Shown: positions 49,457-60,662 of the stretch, piece by piece
Numbering within the stretch: position 1 is the stretch's first letter
How the letters are laid out: each line of letters opens with the position of its first letter
Assembly (NCBI GenBank): GCA_963804085.1
Contig: CAWDOQ010000002.1
Location: forward strand, 1-64,000
Length of the DNA: 64,000 nt
Reading direction: 5' to 3'
Origin: Chlamydiia bacterium
GTDB lineage: Bacteria > Chlamydiota > Chlamydiia > Chlamydiales > Rhabdochlamydiaceae
Made by a program: the position numbers and the translations under genes
Notes under the pieces: generated by a model
Databases searched by the model: none
The model's input: the letters and a program-made list of their open reading frames with translations, nothing else
What the model was told of the DNA's origin: nothing

Positions 49457-50405
49457 ACAGACTCTTCAAATTGGCATCGATCTAATGGGAAGCGATACCG
49501 ATCCGGCGCTTCTTCTGGATGCCGTCTGCACTCTTTTTTCTACTCTTAAAAACGAAGCTTCCTTCACTCTTTTTGCAACGGAAGAGACCCTCTCCACACT
49601 CTCTTATCCTCCTGCGTTTCACACCTGTTTTGCAGATGAGGTTGTGACAATGGACGAGGATCCTCTGCTTGCCCTGCGCCGCAAAAAAAACTCGACGATC
49701 GCACTTGGCATGATGGCCCTGAAAAACAAGGAGATCGACGCCTTTATCTCGGCTGGCAATACCGGAGCGCTCTTTGCTACAGCGCACATGCTGCTTCCGC
49801 TTCTTCCTTCTATCGACCGCCCAGCACTGCTCACCTTGCTGCCCACCAAGAAAAAAGAGATGGCCGTTCTCGATGTGGGAGCCAACGTCTCTTGCAAAGC
49901 AGACCACCTTGTCCAATTTGCTCTTATGGGGATCGCCTACCAGAAGTGCCGCGGGTATGAGCACCCCAAAGTAGGGCTGCTCAACATTGGCACTGAGGCA
50001 CAAAAAGGAACACCCGAGCTGCGAGAAGCCTACCAAAAGCTGCAAAGCCTAAATACCCACCACAAAGTTTTTTTAGGAAACGTAGAAGCCAGGGACGTAT
50101 TTAACGGCGAGATCGATGTCCTCGTAACAGATGGTTTCACCGGAAATATTTTTTTAAAGACAACCGAAGGGATCGGCGCCTTTCTCCTAGATCTTTTAAA
50201 AGAGAAAAAAGAGCTACTCGCGAATCTTCGCTATCCTCTGGACTATGCCGAATACCCAGGGGCCCTCCTCTGCGGCGTAGATGGCATTGTGATCAAATGC
50301 CATGGCAGCGCCAGCCCCCAATCCCTCACCAGCAGCATCAAAGCTGCCCTCCCCCTCCTCCAGCACCATTTCCTCGACAAACTGAAAAAAGAACTCAACA
50401 CTTGA
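49440..50405 (+). CDS. plsX: Phosphate acyltransferase PlsX
   Basis: IDLMGSD, SAGNTGA, DVGAN, TDGFTGN, KCHGS; follows rpmF. Confidence 0.95.
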   Translation: MRKKSKQTLQIGIDLMGSDTDPALLLDAVCTLFSTLKNEASFTLFATEETLSTLSYPPAFHTCFADEVVTMDEDPLLALRRKKNSTIALGMMALKNKEIDAFISAGNTGALFATAHMLLPLLPSIDRPALLTLLPTKKKEMAVLDVGANVSCKADHLVQFALMGIAYQKCRGYEHPKVGLLNIGTEAQKGTPELREAYQKLQSLNTHHKVFLGNVEARDVFNGEIDVLVTDGFTGNIFLKTTEGIGAFLLDLLKEKKELLANLRYPLDYAEYPGALLCGVDGIVIKCHGSASPQSLTSSIKAALPLLQHHFLDKLKKELNT

Positions 50406-50458
50406 TTAAACAGCTTCTATCGCTTACTATCATTTATTAATAACTTTACGTGGGCTAA

Positions 50459-51994
50459 ATGGAAGAAATTCTTTTAAACGTGGAGTCCAAAGAGAGGCGC
50501 TATGCGCATCTTAGAAATGGGCTTTTATACGACCTGATCATCGAGCGCAAAAAGAGCCGCCAACTCGCGGGAAATATCTATCGCGGTCGCGTCACCAATA
50601 TTCTGCACAACATCCAGTCGGCTTTTATCGATATCGATGAGGGAGAAAACGGGTTTATACATATCGATGATATCATCGAAAACACCCAAAAATTCCAAGA
50701 GATGTTCGAGATGGATTTCGATTGGGATATGGCGCAAGAGAAAAAGGCGCAAAAAGAGAATGACATCTCTAAACTGCTCAAAAACGATCAGCCGGTCCTC
50801 GTTCAAGTGGTGAAAGAACCGATCGGTTCTAAAGGCGCACGCCTCACCTCTAACATCTCTATCCCCGGCCGCTACCTGGTTCTGCTTCCCAACACGGCCC
50901 ACCGCGGTGTTTCGCGCAAGATCGAAGATAGCGCAGCAAGAGAAAGATTAAAGAAGCTAATTCAGGCGTTTGAGATGCCTAAAGACATGGGTCTGATCTG
51001 CCGTACTGCAAGCGTGAATGCCACAACTGAGATGCTCGTCGAAGAGGCGACCGATCTTCTGAAAACTTGGCAGATGATAGTAGATGGCTTTGACAAGGCG
51101 ACAAGACCGACCTGTCTTTACGAAGAGTCGGACCTGATTAAACGCGCGGTGATGACTGCAGTGGACAAGAAGTTTGACCGGCTTATGACGGATGACTACT
51201 CCACCTTTCAAGCTTGCAAACGGATCTACGAAAAATATAGCGCAGAGCATCCTCTTAAGATCGAGCTTTATCGCGACAAAGCTCCCATGTTCGAGCGCTT
51301 TAATGTCGAACGAGAAATCGATAAAGCACTGAAAAGAAAAATCTGGCTCGGCTCGGGCGGCTATCTCTACTTCGATCGCACTGAGGCGATGTTCACTATC
51401 GACGTCAACTCGGGTAGAAGCACCTCTCAGAGCGTTAAAAGCGATGTGGAAGAGGCTCTTGCGCGCATCAATATGGAAGCAGCAGAAGAGATCGCACGTC
51501 AGCTGAGACTGCGCAATATCGGTGGTCTGATCATCTGCGACTTTATCGACATGCGTTCGCGCAAAAACCAGAAACGCGTCCTTGACCGTCTCAAAGACGC
51601 GATGAAGGATGATCCGGCCAAGTGCACCATTTTAGGGATGAGCGAATTCGGCTTAGTGGAGATGACAAGACAAAGAAGCCGCGAGTCGCTGACGCAAACT
51701 GTCTTCACTAACTGTCCCTACTGTTCAGGAAGCGGTCAGATCAAATCCTATGAGACCTGTTCGATCGAAATCGAGCGCTCTCTCAAAAAATTGATCTGCC
51801 AACAAGAGCAATATGGCCTTGAACTCATCTCCCATCCCGATCTCGATCGCTATTTAAGCCATTCGGACAAAGAGTACTTCCGTGAGCTAGCAGAAAAATG
51901 GAACGCACAGCTAAAATTTGGTAAAAACGACTCTCTGCATCTCAATGACTTTCAATTCTTTTCAACAATCAATGGCAAGCAACTCGAAGTCTAG
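50459..51994 (+). CDS. Ribonuclease G/E family
   Basis: GNIYRGRV, QVVKEPIGSKGARLT, IDVNSG, LRNIGGLIICDFIDM. Confidence 0.95.
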   Translation: MEEILLNVESKERRYAHLRNGLLYDLIIERKKSRQLAGNIYRGRVTNILHNIQSAFIDIDEGENGFIHIDDIIENTQKFQEMFEMDFDWDMAQEKKAQKENDISKLLKNDQPVLVQVVKEPIGSKGARLTSNISIPGRYLVLLPNTAHRGVSRKIEDSAARERLKKLIQAFEMPKDMGLICRTASVNATTEMLVEEATDLLKTWQMIVDGFDKATRPTCLYEESDLIKRAVMTAVDKKFDRLMTDDYSTFQACKRIYEKYSAEHPLKIELYRDKAPMFERFNVEREIDKALKRKIWLGSGGYLYFDRTEAMFTIDVNSGRSTSQSVKSDVEEALARINMEAAEEIARQLRLRNIGGLIICDFIDMRSRKNQKRVLDRLKDAMKDDPAKCTILGMSEFGLVEMTRQRSRESLTQTVFTNCPYCSGSGQIKSYETCSIEIERSLKKLICQQEQYGLELISHPDLDRYLSHSDKEYFRELAEKWNAQLKFGKNDSLHLNDFQFFSTINGKQLEV

Positions 51995-52982
51995 TTCTTC
52001 TTTCCTTTCTAAGCTTAATCTGTATGCCGAAGAGGGAAAAATACCGCCCAAATTTAAAGGGTATCTAGAAGAGTTCTATTTGAGTTTCAAGGCAGCCGTC
52101 GGCAAAGATTTCTCCTCCGAAGAGGTCTTTCTGACTGTTCTCGATCAGGTGCAACAACAGATAGAGCACCCCTTTATCTTCCAGCCCTACCATGAAAAGA
52201 TCCGAGAGCCTTTCGATTATTACAAACTGGGTCTCGACTTCTTGAGGCCGCTTGTCGATATGAAGCATTCGACTTTCAAAGGCAGGTCTCATGCGGATGA
52301 GATCTGCATGCACCTTAAGAACAAGCACAATGTGATCCTGCTTGCCAACCATCAGACCGAAGCAGACCCGCAGGCGATGAGCATCCTCTTAGAAAAGAGC
52401 CACCCTATTTTAGCGACCGATATAATCTTTGTGGCAGGTGAAAGGGTTGTAACGGATCCTCTTGCCATCCCTTTTAGCATGGGAAGAAATCTTTTGTGCA
52501 TCTACTCCAAAAGATATATCGACCATCCTCCCGAAGAAAAACTCAAAAAACAGCTGCACAATAAGCGCACTATGGAGCTGATGAGCACTCTTCTAAGTGA
52601 AGGCGGAAAGTGCATCTATGTCGCACCCAGTGGTGGACGCGACCGCCCCAATAGCGCCGGCGTAGTCGAGGTGGCGCCATTTGATCCGCAAAGCGTCGAG
52701 ATGCTCTATCTCATGGCAAAAAAAGCGAAACGTCCCACCTTCTTCTATCCGCTTGCTTTGAACACATACGCTCTTCTTCCTCCTCCGCAAGAGATAAGAA
52801 GAGAACTGGGCGAGGCGCGCTCGACACAAAAGGGGGCGATCCATATAGCTTTTGGCCGCGAGGTCGATATGGAGCATTTTCCCGGAAATGAAGATAAGGA
52901 CAAACATGTGCGCAGAAAAGCGCGCGCAAATTATATCTGGAACCTGGTAAAAGAGGATTATGCGTCTATCTCTGCTCTGTAA
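51972..52982 (+). CDS. plsB: Glycerol-3-phosphate acyltransferase, soluble plastid/chlamydial type
   Basis: NHQTEADP, PFSMGRNLLCIYSK, APSGGRDRP. Confidence 0.9.
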   Translation: MASNSKSSSSFLSKLNLYAEEGKIPPKFKGYLEEFYLSFKAAVGKDFSSEEVFLTVLDQVQQQIEHPFIFQPYHEKIREPFDYYKLGLDFLRPLVDMKHSTFKGRSHADEICMHLKNKHNVILLANHQTEADPQAMSILLEKSHPILATDIIFVAGERVVTDPLAIPFSMGRNLLCIYSKRYIDHPPEEKLKKQLHNKRTMELMSTLLSEGGKCIYVAPSGGRDRPNSAGVVEVAPFDPQSVEMLYLMAKKAKRPTFFYPLALNTYALLPPPQEIRRELGEARSTQKGAIHIAFGREVDMEHFPGNEDKDKHVRRKARANYIWNLVKEDYASISAL

Positions 52983-55857
52983 AGCCCTATTCTGCTCGCT
53001 TACTCTCACTGCTTTTGCAGAGGGGCCGGGCTATAAACAAATTGCCGATAAGGCCACGCTTCCACTTTTAAATCCCTCTCTTGCGGAACGAAAAACCGCG
53101 AAGATCATTCTTGATAACGGCCTTGAAGCCTATCTGATCTCAGATCCAGAGGTAGACCAGTCGGCAGCAGGACTCTCTGTAGAAGCAGGCTCTTGGCAAG
53201 ATCCAAAAGAGTACCCCGGCATGGCCCACTTTCTCGAGCATATGCTCTTTATGGGAAATAAGGCCTTTCCGGAAGAGTCGGAGTACATGCAGTATATCCA
53301 TGACCATGGCGGGAATGTAAACGCGTCCACATGGCCCGATCGCACTCTCTACATGTTCTCGATCAACAATGAAGCTTTTACCGGAGCACTTGATCGCTTC
53401 TCCCATTTTTTTATCGATCCCCTCTTTAAAACCTCTTGCATCAATAGAGAGCTGCATGCAGTCGATCAAGAGCACGCCAAAAACATCGAAAATGATGGCT
53501 GGCGCCAGTATATGGTATTCAAAGAGACGGGAAACCAGCGCCACCCGTTTGCAGGGTTCTCTACCGGCAACGCCAAAACACTCTCAGGAATCCCTCAAGA
53601 AGCTCTTAAGAAATGGTATAAGGAGCACTACAGTGCAAACCAGATGCATCTGGTCGTTCTCTCTCCCTTGCCGATAGAGGAGCTGATCTCTCTTACAGTC
53701 TGCCACTTCTCTTCTGTCCCCTCTCATGAGGTTACAGAAAATGCACTGCCCACATACATCTCTTCGCCCAAGCAGTGGGGCCATATCATCTACTTAAAGC
53801 CGATCAAAGATCTAAGAACACTCTCGATCACTTGGGAGGTGCCTCCCCTATTCTCGCAAGACGATGAAAAAAAGGTTGTCGATCTTATCGCCTATGTGCT
53901 CAGTAAAGAGAGTGCAACTAGCCTCTCTCAACTCCTAAAAAAAGAAAAACTGGCCGAAGGGATCAAGGTTACCTCCGATCATTTTTCTAAAAACAAGCTC
54001 CTTTTTTCCATAGATGTCGACCTCACCCCTTTTGGTCTGACTCAGGTCGACACAGTTATCTCACGCTGCTTCCAAGCCCTCTCTCTTCTCAAAGAAAAGG
54101 GAGTTCCATCCTACCTCTTTTCAGAGATGAAAAAGATGGCGATGATCAACTACCAGTACCAGTCGCGCGAAGAGGCTTTCGGTTTCATCTCCCGTCATGC
54201 GCACGACATGATCGACGAAAAACTGGAGACCTATCCGGAAAAGAGCGCTATCCCCACAAGTTTTGACCCTGAATTTACGACTGCTTTTCTTGAGACTCTT
54301 ACCCCTGAAAATTGCGTCTATTTCTTAATCGCCGATCCGGAAAAGTCCAATGTTCAACCTGACAAAAAAGAGCGCTGGATGGCTGCTGAGTATGCGATGA
54401 AAGAGATCTCAGAAGAAAAGCTCGCAGCTTGGGAAAAACATGCCCTGCACCCCCAGCTCGAACTTCCTCCTGCCAACCCCTTTATCCCCGAATCTTTGGC
54501 TCTCGTCTCTATGGACACGGAAGCAAAAGATGCCCCGCTCGCCCCCTGTTTGCTCGCAAGCGACCCCTCTTCCAAGGTCTACTTTGCACAAGACAAGCGC
54601 TATCAGGTGCCGGAAGTCACCGCACTCTTTGGCCTGCGCACACCTCTGATCGATGGTTCATCTAAAAGCTTAGTCCTTTCTGATCTCTACATTAAAGCGC
54701 TTTACGAGAAGCTACTACCTACATTGGGCTACGCAAAAGATGCGGGCCTCTCCTCCTCATTTGGTTTGCAAAATTTAAGCATGACCATCCGGGTGTCCGG
54801 CTATAATTCCAAAGCCCCTCTTCTTATAGAGACGATCTTCGCCTCTTTAAAGAGTGTCGCGCCGACAAAAGAGCAGTTTGAGATCTATAAGGCCTCGCTT
54901 ATTTCCGACTATGAGAATGGCTCAAAAGAGCTCCCTGTAAGGCAAGCAAATGAGCTTTTAGGCAGCATCCTCTATAACGACGCTCCCCAATCGCAAGAAA
55001 AAGCAAAAACAATAAAGAGCATCTCTTACGAAGATTTCATCATCTTTTCTAAGAATCTGCTCAAACGCTCCTTTGTGGAGAGCGTGCTCTACGGCAACAT
55101 CTCTCAAACGGAAGCTCAAGCCCTCTGGTCGACATTAAAAGCCTCTCTTGCTTCTTCTCCCTATCCCGCTCAAGAGCAGCTCCATCGCCGCATCTTGCTT
55201 CTTCCACAGAAGAAGGGACCGCATCTCATCCAACAGACTACCGAAAGACAAGGAAACGGTGTGGTTCTCGTTCTGCAAGAGGGCCCCTTTAGCTTTGAAA
55301 GACGCTCCGCCCAGCAGATCCTCTCTAAAGCGCTACAAGAGGCGTTCTTTGAAACGCTTCGCACCAAACAGCAGACCGGCTATATGGCTAAAGCTTGGGA
55401 TGCAGAAGTGGAGAGACAGCTTCTGCAGTTTTTTGCTGTCCAATCGATCTCCCACCACCCCACCGATCTGATCGCACGCTTCGAGCTCTTCTTGGAAGAC
55501 TTCTTGAAATACATGCCCGAATCCTTCTCCAAAGAGCGGTTTGAAAATATACGCCAGATGCTGATCGTCACATTAAAAATGCCGCCTGAGAATTTGGAAG
55601 CAATGGCACTACGTCTCAATACCCTTGCCTTCAACTATGACGGCGATTTTGGCTGGTTTGACAAACGGATCGAGGCTGTAAAAGCCATTAGCTACGAAAA
55701 GCTTATCGAGCTTGCACACGAGTTCTTGTCGCGCGCAAACGTACGCAGGTTAGCCGTGCTGATGGAAGGGATTCTCCCAATAGAGAATGATTTCCACTAC
55801 GAAGAGATCTCCAAAGAGGAGATCGCAGATCTCGGAGCCTTCGTCTCCGCCAAATAG
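52960..55857 (+). CDS. ptr: Insulinase-family (M16) metalloprotease, Ptr-like
   Basis: Signal peptide; GMAHFLEHMLF (HxxEH); LRTKQQTGY. Confidence 0.9.
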   Translation: MRLSLLCKALFCSLTLTAFAEGPGYKQIADKATLPLLNPSLAERKTAKIILDNGLEAYLISDPEVDQSAAGLSVEAGSWQDPKEYPGMAHFLEHMLFMGNKAFPEESEYMQYIHDHGGNVNASTWPDRTLYMFSINNEAFTGALDRFSHFFIDPLFKTSCINRELHAVDQEHAKNIENDGWRQYMVFKETGNQRHPFAGFSTGNAKTLSGIPQEALKKWYKEHYSANQMHLVVLSPLPIEELISLTVCHFSSVPSHEVTENALPTYISSPKQWGHIIYLKPIKDLRTLSITWEVPPLFSQDDEKKVVDLIAYVLSKESATSLSQLLKKEKLAEGIKVTSDHFSKNKLLFSIDVDLTPFGLTQVDTVISRCFQALSLLKEKGVPSYLFSEMKKMAMINYQYQSREEAFGFISRHAHDMIDEKLETYPEKSAIPTSFDPEFTTAFLETLTPENCVYFLIADPEKSNVQPDKKERWMAAEYAMKEISEEKLAAWEKHALHPQLELPPANPFIPESLALVSMDTEAKDAPLAPCLLASDPSSKVYFAQDKRYQVPEVTALFGLRTPLIDGSSKSLVLSDLYIKALYEKLLPTLGYAKDAGLSSSFGLQNLSMTIRVSGYNSKAPLLIETIFASLKSVAPTKEQFEIYKASLISDYENGSKELPVRQANELLGSILYNDAPQSQEKAKTIKSISYEDFIIFSKNLLKRSFVESVLYGNISQTEAQALWSTLKASLASSPYPAQEQLHRRILLLPQKKGPHLIQQTTERQGNGVVLVLQEGPFSFERRSAQQILSKALQEAFFETLRTKQQTGYMAKAWDAEVERQLLQFFAVQSISHHPTDLIARFELFLEDFLKYMPESFSKERFENIRQMLIVTLKMPPENLEAMALRLNTLAFNYDGDFGWFDKRIEAVKAISYEKLIELAHEFLSRANVRRLAVLMEGILPIENDFHYEEISKEEIADLGAFVSAK

Positions 55858-57095
55858 CCATTGATCATATTGTGTGCTAAACTTGCGATATTCTCTTGAA
55901 AGTTAGGCACACGGAATGAGCCCGTTGCAGTGGGATGGGGTGCGTCACTATCCAAAAGAGTAGTCACTTTGCTTCCCAGCTCTTTAAAATCAAAGAGCGC
56001 ATCTCCGAGATTATGCTTTTTAACAAAAGCGACATTGAACCTCTCCCACCAGATGTGTCTAGCAGAGGAGTACTTGGTATTATCGAGAAGCAGCTTTCTG
56101 CCTAAGTAGATCACCTCATTTACCGAGCAAGAGCCGGTCTTTGTAATAACCAGATCGGACGCAGCCATGATCTCTGTGACCTCTTTTGTGTAAGAGCGGA
56201 TGTGCAGAAGCACGCCTTTAGCGGTAAGAAGGCTCTGGCACCCCTCGCTCTCCCTTACGATCTCGCTGTTTTGCGAGAGAAGGAGCTTTAAGATTTTCTT
56301 GCCGATCCTCTTATTCCTGCCAATACAAACGTTGATTTGAACAGGAAACGGAAGTGTGATCTTGGTGAACTCTTTGACATAGCGAAAAAGAACATCGCCA
56401 CCTACTGCGCCCATCATCAACGTGATCGTTTTTCGGACCGCATCCATCCCATGCTTCTCTTTAAGAGAGCGCACCTCTTCGGGTGAATACTTCTTCTGGC
56501 AAGCGGGTCTTATTGGGAAGCCGGTAACGGAAAAGTGTTTAGATTTGAGATTACTCTCTAAGACAATCTTCAAATACAGGTCGGGATCGTCATAGGGAAT
56601 CGCCAATTTGAACTTCTCATCCTCTTTAAAATCGATCTCATTCATTCCCACCAAAAAGGTATCAGTATCGAGATCTGTCGGAATAAGTAGAAAAGGAAGA
56701 TCGCATTTAGAAGTCGCCGAGCAAAGAATGGCGTTAAATTTTGGCACCGTAGAAATGACGAGAGCGAGAGTCTCATTTCCTTTCTGGTTAAATCTCTTTA
56801 TAAACTCGCGTTCGAGCACTTTGCGAAAAAAATGGATGTAGCGAATGCCAGCCCGCGTGAGCAGCGCAACGGTTCGATGCAGCCCTTTTCTCAAGAAGAG
56901 GTTATAGACCTCCTCTCCCGTAAAAAGGCCGAATGTGAAGCGTGGGAAGTCAACTATCGAGAAGATCTCTGTGAGGACATTCACCGCTTCCACTTCATAG
57001 TGGGGTCCTAAGATCTCTTGTAAAGAATCGGCGGCGGTCTTATGCCCCCCTCCACCTTCGCACATGAACACAAGAACCTTACGCCGTGTTTTCAC
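55797..57095 (-). CDS. GT28-like glycosyltransferase (MGDG synthase/UgtP-like)
   Basis: EGGGGHKTAA, PTDL, TGFPIRP, MAASDLVITKTG...E. Confidence 0.75.
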   Translation of the reverse strand: MKTRRKVLVFMCEGGGGHKTAADSLQEILGPHYEVEAVNVLTEIFSIVDFPRFTFGLFTGEEVYNLFLRKGLHRTVALLTRAGIRYIHFFRKVLEREFIKRFNQKGNETLALVISTVPKFNAILCSATSKCDLPFLLIPTDLDTDTFLVGMNEIDFKEDEKFKLAIPYDDPDLYLKIVLESNLKSKHFSVTGFPIRPACQKKYSPEEVRSLKEKHGMDAVRKTITLMMGAVGGDVLFRYVKEFTKITLPFPVQINVCIGRNKRIGKKILKLLLSQNSEIVRESEGCQSLLTAKGVLLHIRSYTKEVTEIMAASDLVITKTGSCSVNEVIYLGRKLLLDNTKYSSARHIWWERFNVAFVKKHNLGDALFDFKELGSKVTTLLDSDAPHPTATGSFRVPNFQENIASLAHNMINGYLAETKAPRSAISSLEISS

Positions 57096-57109
57096 AAATC
57101 ACTTTCCTT

Positions 57110-59740
57110 TTATTTTTGATGCTCGCTCATCTGCTGAATGAGTTTGGCTATAAGCCCTGTCCACCCTGTTTGGTGCCAAGCTCCCAATCCTGCTCCGGTG
57201 TCTCCATTAAAATACTCCGGAAAAATGAGATTCTCTTTCCAAAATGGATCATTTTGCATGGTGGAGTTATTACCATAAATGGGTCTTTTGCCTGCCGTGT
57301 CTTTTTCAAACATCCGAATCAGTCTGTTAGAAATCTCACTTGCCACTTCCCACAAGGTGAGCATTTTTCCCGAACGAGCCGGACACTCCACCTTATACTC
57401 ATCTCCAAAATAATAGTGAAACTTTTGCAGAGATTCAATGATTAACATATTAAGCGGAAACCAGATAGGACCGCGCCAGTTGGAGTTGCCTCCAAAGAGT
57501 TTGATAGTAGACTCCGCCGCCTCATAGTCCACCGTGTACTCCTGACCATCTAAGCCAAGTGTAAAAGGGTGTTTTTCATGGTACTTCGAAAGCGAACGAA
57601 TCCCATACGGGCTTAAAAACTCCTCTTCGTCGAGCATCTTGGCAAGCACACGCTTCAGCCTTTCACCGGTTAGAATTGATAAAAGCCTTCTCCCCTCTCT
57701 ACCGGGCTTGCGCATCGAGGCCACCCTTTCGCATAGATCGCCTCGGTAGTTTAAAAACCATTCCAGCCGCTTATTAAAGCCCGGAAATTTTTGTAAGTGT
57801 GTGGCGGAGAGCGTTGTGACAGCAAATAAGGGAATGATTCCTACCATCGAACGCACCTTAAGCGGATAGTGTGCGCCTTCGGGCAACATCAAAAGATCGT
57901 AGTAAAAACCGTCCTCTTCATGCCAGAGAGGCAACCGCTTCTCGCTCTGATAATTGATCGCTTCAGAAATATAGAGAAAATGTTCGAAGAACTTACTCGC
58001 CATATCCTCATAGCTCTTATTGACCTCTGCGAGCTCAAGCGCCATCGTGAGCATGTTCAAGCAGTACATCCCCATCCAGCTCGTCGCGTCGGATTGGAAT
58101 AAAGTACCCCCTTTGGGAATCAGCTCGCTTCGATTGAAGACACTGATGTTATCCATCCCCAAAAAGCCGCCTTTGAAGATGTTCTTTCCATCTGCATCCT
58201 TACGGTTGACCCACCAGGTAAAGTTGAGCAATAGCTTTTGAAATATCCTCTCCAAAAAGACAAGATCTTTCTTTTGGTGCATCTTCTGTTCGATCTTGTA
58301 GACCCGCCAGGCAGCCCATGCTTGCACGGGAGGACTCACGTCATCAAACGACCATTCGCCTGCAGGCAGCTGCCCATTAGGATGCATGTACCATTCGCGC
58401 GTGAGCAGCGTTAGCTGCTTTTTCGCATATTCAGGGTCGATCATAGCAAGCGGCAGCGTATGAAAAGCGCTATCCCAGGAGAAGTAGCAAGGGTACTCCC
58501 ACTTGTCGGGAACAGAGAGAATATCCTCGTTGTAGAGGTGGACCCATTCTGCGTTTCGGACAACATCTCTTCGCGGCTGCCTTGCATGCTGCAGCGGATC
58601 TTTTTTCATCCACTCTTCAACGACATAGTTGTAGTACTGCTTATTCCAGAGCATACCTGCAAACGCTTGTCTTTGAATTTGAGCAAGCTCATCCGATAAA
58701 TTCTCAGGCATAAGAGCTTTGTAAAAAGCATCCGCCTCCTCCTTGCGCACTTTCAACGTCTCAAGAAAACCCTGAAAAGGAGAGGCGAGATCCGCCTGAT
58801 CAGAGAGACGCAGCTTCCAGGTGTAGGAAGAATTGGGAGCGATCTCTACTTTGTAGTGGAGTGCCGATTTTGTCCCCTGCAGCGCAGGATTTACCGCTTC
58901 TTTTGTCCCCTTAATCACGTAATTATGAAAGGCATCTTTTACGTAGGGTGAGCTATTCTCTTTTCCCCATAGTCGCTTGGTATTGGTCTCATTTTCTGTA
59001 AACAAAAGCTCGGGCGCGCCTTCGAAATAGAGATAGCGCTTGCCAAACTCGAAATGCTCTGCACCAAGAGTTCTGTCGCTCTTTTTGTAAATATTGGGCT
59101 TAGCCTTCTTCTCCCAGTGCCACGTATTACGAAACCAGAGCGTGGGAAGAAAATGGAGGAGCCTCTTTTCTTTTCCGCGATTAACTGCTGTGATAGAGAT
59201 GCAAATATCATCGGGAGAGCTCTTGGCATATTCGATAAAGATGTCGAAGTAGCGATTCTCTGCAAAAATGCCCGTATCCAAAAGCTCATACTCGGGATCA
59301 CGCACAGAGCGCGCGGCATTCTCTTTTACTAGCTTATCATAAGGGAAGGCGTTCTGCGGATACTTGTACAGATAACGCATGTAGCTATGCGTTGGCGTGT
59401 TGTCCAAGTAAAAGTAGTACTCTTTGACATCCTCGCCATGGTTGCCCTCTGTGCCAGTGAGCCCAAAAAGACGCTCTTTTAAAATGGGATCCTCTCCATT
59501 CCAAAAAGCAAAAGCTAAATTGAGGCGTCCATGGTTGTCTGAGATCCCGCCAATCCCATCTTCACCCCAGCGATAGGCACGCGAGCGTGCCATATCATGC
59601 GTGAAGTAGTTCCACACATCCCCATTTTCGCTGTAATCCTCACGGACCGTCGCCCACTCGCGCTCACTCAAATAGGGGCCCCAGCGCTTCCAATGGCGCT
59701 TCTTCTCTCTATCCTCCTCAAGTCGCTCCTTCTCACTCAT
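57110..59740 (-). CDS. Glycoside hydrolase family 63-like (MGH1-type) glucosidase
   Basis: WGPYLSER, RSRAYRWGEDG, PDKWEYP...WD, NWRGPIW, HQTGWT. Confidence 0.88.
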   Translation of the reverse strand: MSEKERLEEDREKKRHWKRWGPYLSEREWATVREDYSENGDVWNYFTHDMARSRAYRWGEDGIGGISDNHGRLNLAFAFWNGEDPILKERLFGLTGTEGNHGEDVKEYYFYLDNTPTHSYMRYLYKYPQNAFPYDKLVKENAARSVRDPEYELLDTGIFAENRYFDIFIEYAKSSPDDICISITAVNRGKEKRLLHFLPTLWFRNTWHWEKKAKPNIYKKSDRTLGAEHFEFGKRYLYFEGAPELLFTENETNTKRLWGKENSSPYVKDAFHNYVIKGTKEAVNPALQGTKSALHYKVEIAPNSSYTWKLRLSDQADLASPFQGFLETLKVRKEEADAFYKALMPENLSDELAQIQRQAFAGMLWNKQYYNYVVEEWMKKDPLQHARQPRRDVVRNAEWVHLYNEDILSVPDKWEYPCYFSWDSAFHTLPLAMIDPEYAKKQLTLLTREWYMHPNGQLPAGEWSFDDVSPPVQAWAAWRVYKIEQKMHQKKDLVFLERIFQKLLLNFTWWVNRKDADGKNIFKGGFLGMDNISVFNRSELIPKGGTLFQSDATSWMGMYCLNMLTMALELAEVNKSYEDMASKFFEHFLYISEAINYQSEKRLPLWHEEDGFYYDLLMLPEGAHYPLKVRSMVGIIPLFAVTTLSATHLQKFPGFNKRLEWFLNYRGDLCERVASMRKPGREGRRLLSILTGERLKRVLAKMLDEEEFLSPYGIRSLSKYHEKHPFTLGLDGQEYTVDYEAAESTIKLFGGNSNWRGPIWFPLNMLIIESLQKFHYYFGDEYKVECPARSGKMLTLWEVASEISNRLIRMFEKDTAGKRPIYGNNSTMQNDPFWKENLIFPEYFNGDTGAGLGAWHQTGWTGLIAKLIQQMSEHQK

Positions 59741-59743
59741 GAT

Positions 59744-60601
59744 TTAAGCCGCTTTTGCACGCATAGCGGAGCGGCGAATGAAAGCCAAAAGCTCCTCATT
59801 GATCTCTTCTTTGTGTGTCGAGCACATACCATGCGGGGCGCCCTTAAATACTTTGAGCTCTGCATTTTTGATCAGCTTTTGCATGCGATAAGAAGAGTCT
59901 TTAATCGGGACGATCTGATCCTGATCTCCATGCAAAATCAAGGTGGGCACATCGATTTTCTTAAGGTCCGAGGTAAAATCGGTCTCAGAAAAGGCTTCGA
60001 TACAATCGTAGATTCCTTTAAATCCTCCCAGCATCGCTTGCAGCCAAAAGGAGTCTCTTAGGCCTTGCGACACTCTTTTCGGATCGCGGTTAGCTCCATA
60101 AAAAGGTGTAGTGAGCTCTTTAAAATATTGGGACCTGTCTTGTAAGACACCCGCACGAATTTGATCAAATGTCTCCATCGGAAGCCCGTCCGGATTAGAT
60201 TTGCTCTTCAGCATCACAGGAGGCACGGCTGAGATAAGCACCAGTTTTGCCACACGCTTTGTCCCATGCCGGCCGACGTAGCGCACCACTTCGCCCCCTC
60301 CGGTGGAGTGGCCGATATGGATCGCCTCTTTCAAGTCGAGTGCAGTTACAAGCTTGGCAAGATCATCTGCATAGGTGTTCATCTCATTGCCTTCCCATGT
60401 CTGACTCGAGCGACCATGGCCACGGCGATCATGAGCAATACAGCGATATCCTTTGGATGCCAAATAGAACATCTGGTCTTCCCATGCATCTGCAGTGAGC
60501 GGCCAGCCATGACTAAACACAATCGGTTGCCCGGTCCCCCAATCTTTGTAATAGATCTGAATCTCTTGCTTCTTCTCCTTACCCACAGTGATATAACTCA
60601 T
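59744..60601 (-). CDS. Alpha/beta hydrolase, non-heme chloroperoxidase family
   Basis: [41 protein letters not shown]. Confidence 0.92.
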   Translation of the reverse strand: MSYITVGKEKKQEIQIYYKDWGTGQPIVFSHGWPLTADAWEDQMFYLASKGYRCIAHDRRGHGRSSQTWEGNEMNTYADDLAKLVTALDLKEAIHIGHSTGGGEVVRYVGRHGTKRVAKLVLISAVPPVMLKSKSNPDGLPMETFDQIRAGVLQDRSQYFKELTTPFYGANRDPKRVSQGLRDSFWLQAMLGGFKGIYDCIEAFSETDFTSDLKKIDVPTLILHGDQDQIVPIKDSSYRMQKLIKNAELKVFKGAPHGMCSTHKEEINEELLAFIRRSAMRAKAA

Positions 60602-60662
60602 ACTAGAATATTCCTTCCTTACTTCTTATTAAAGGAAGAGAAAACGCAAAGTCACGAAGAAC

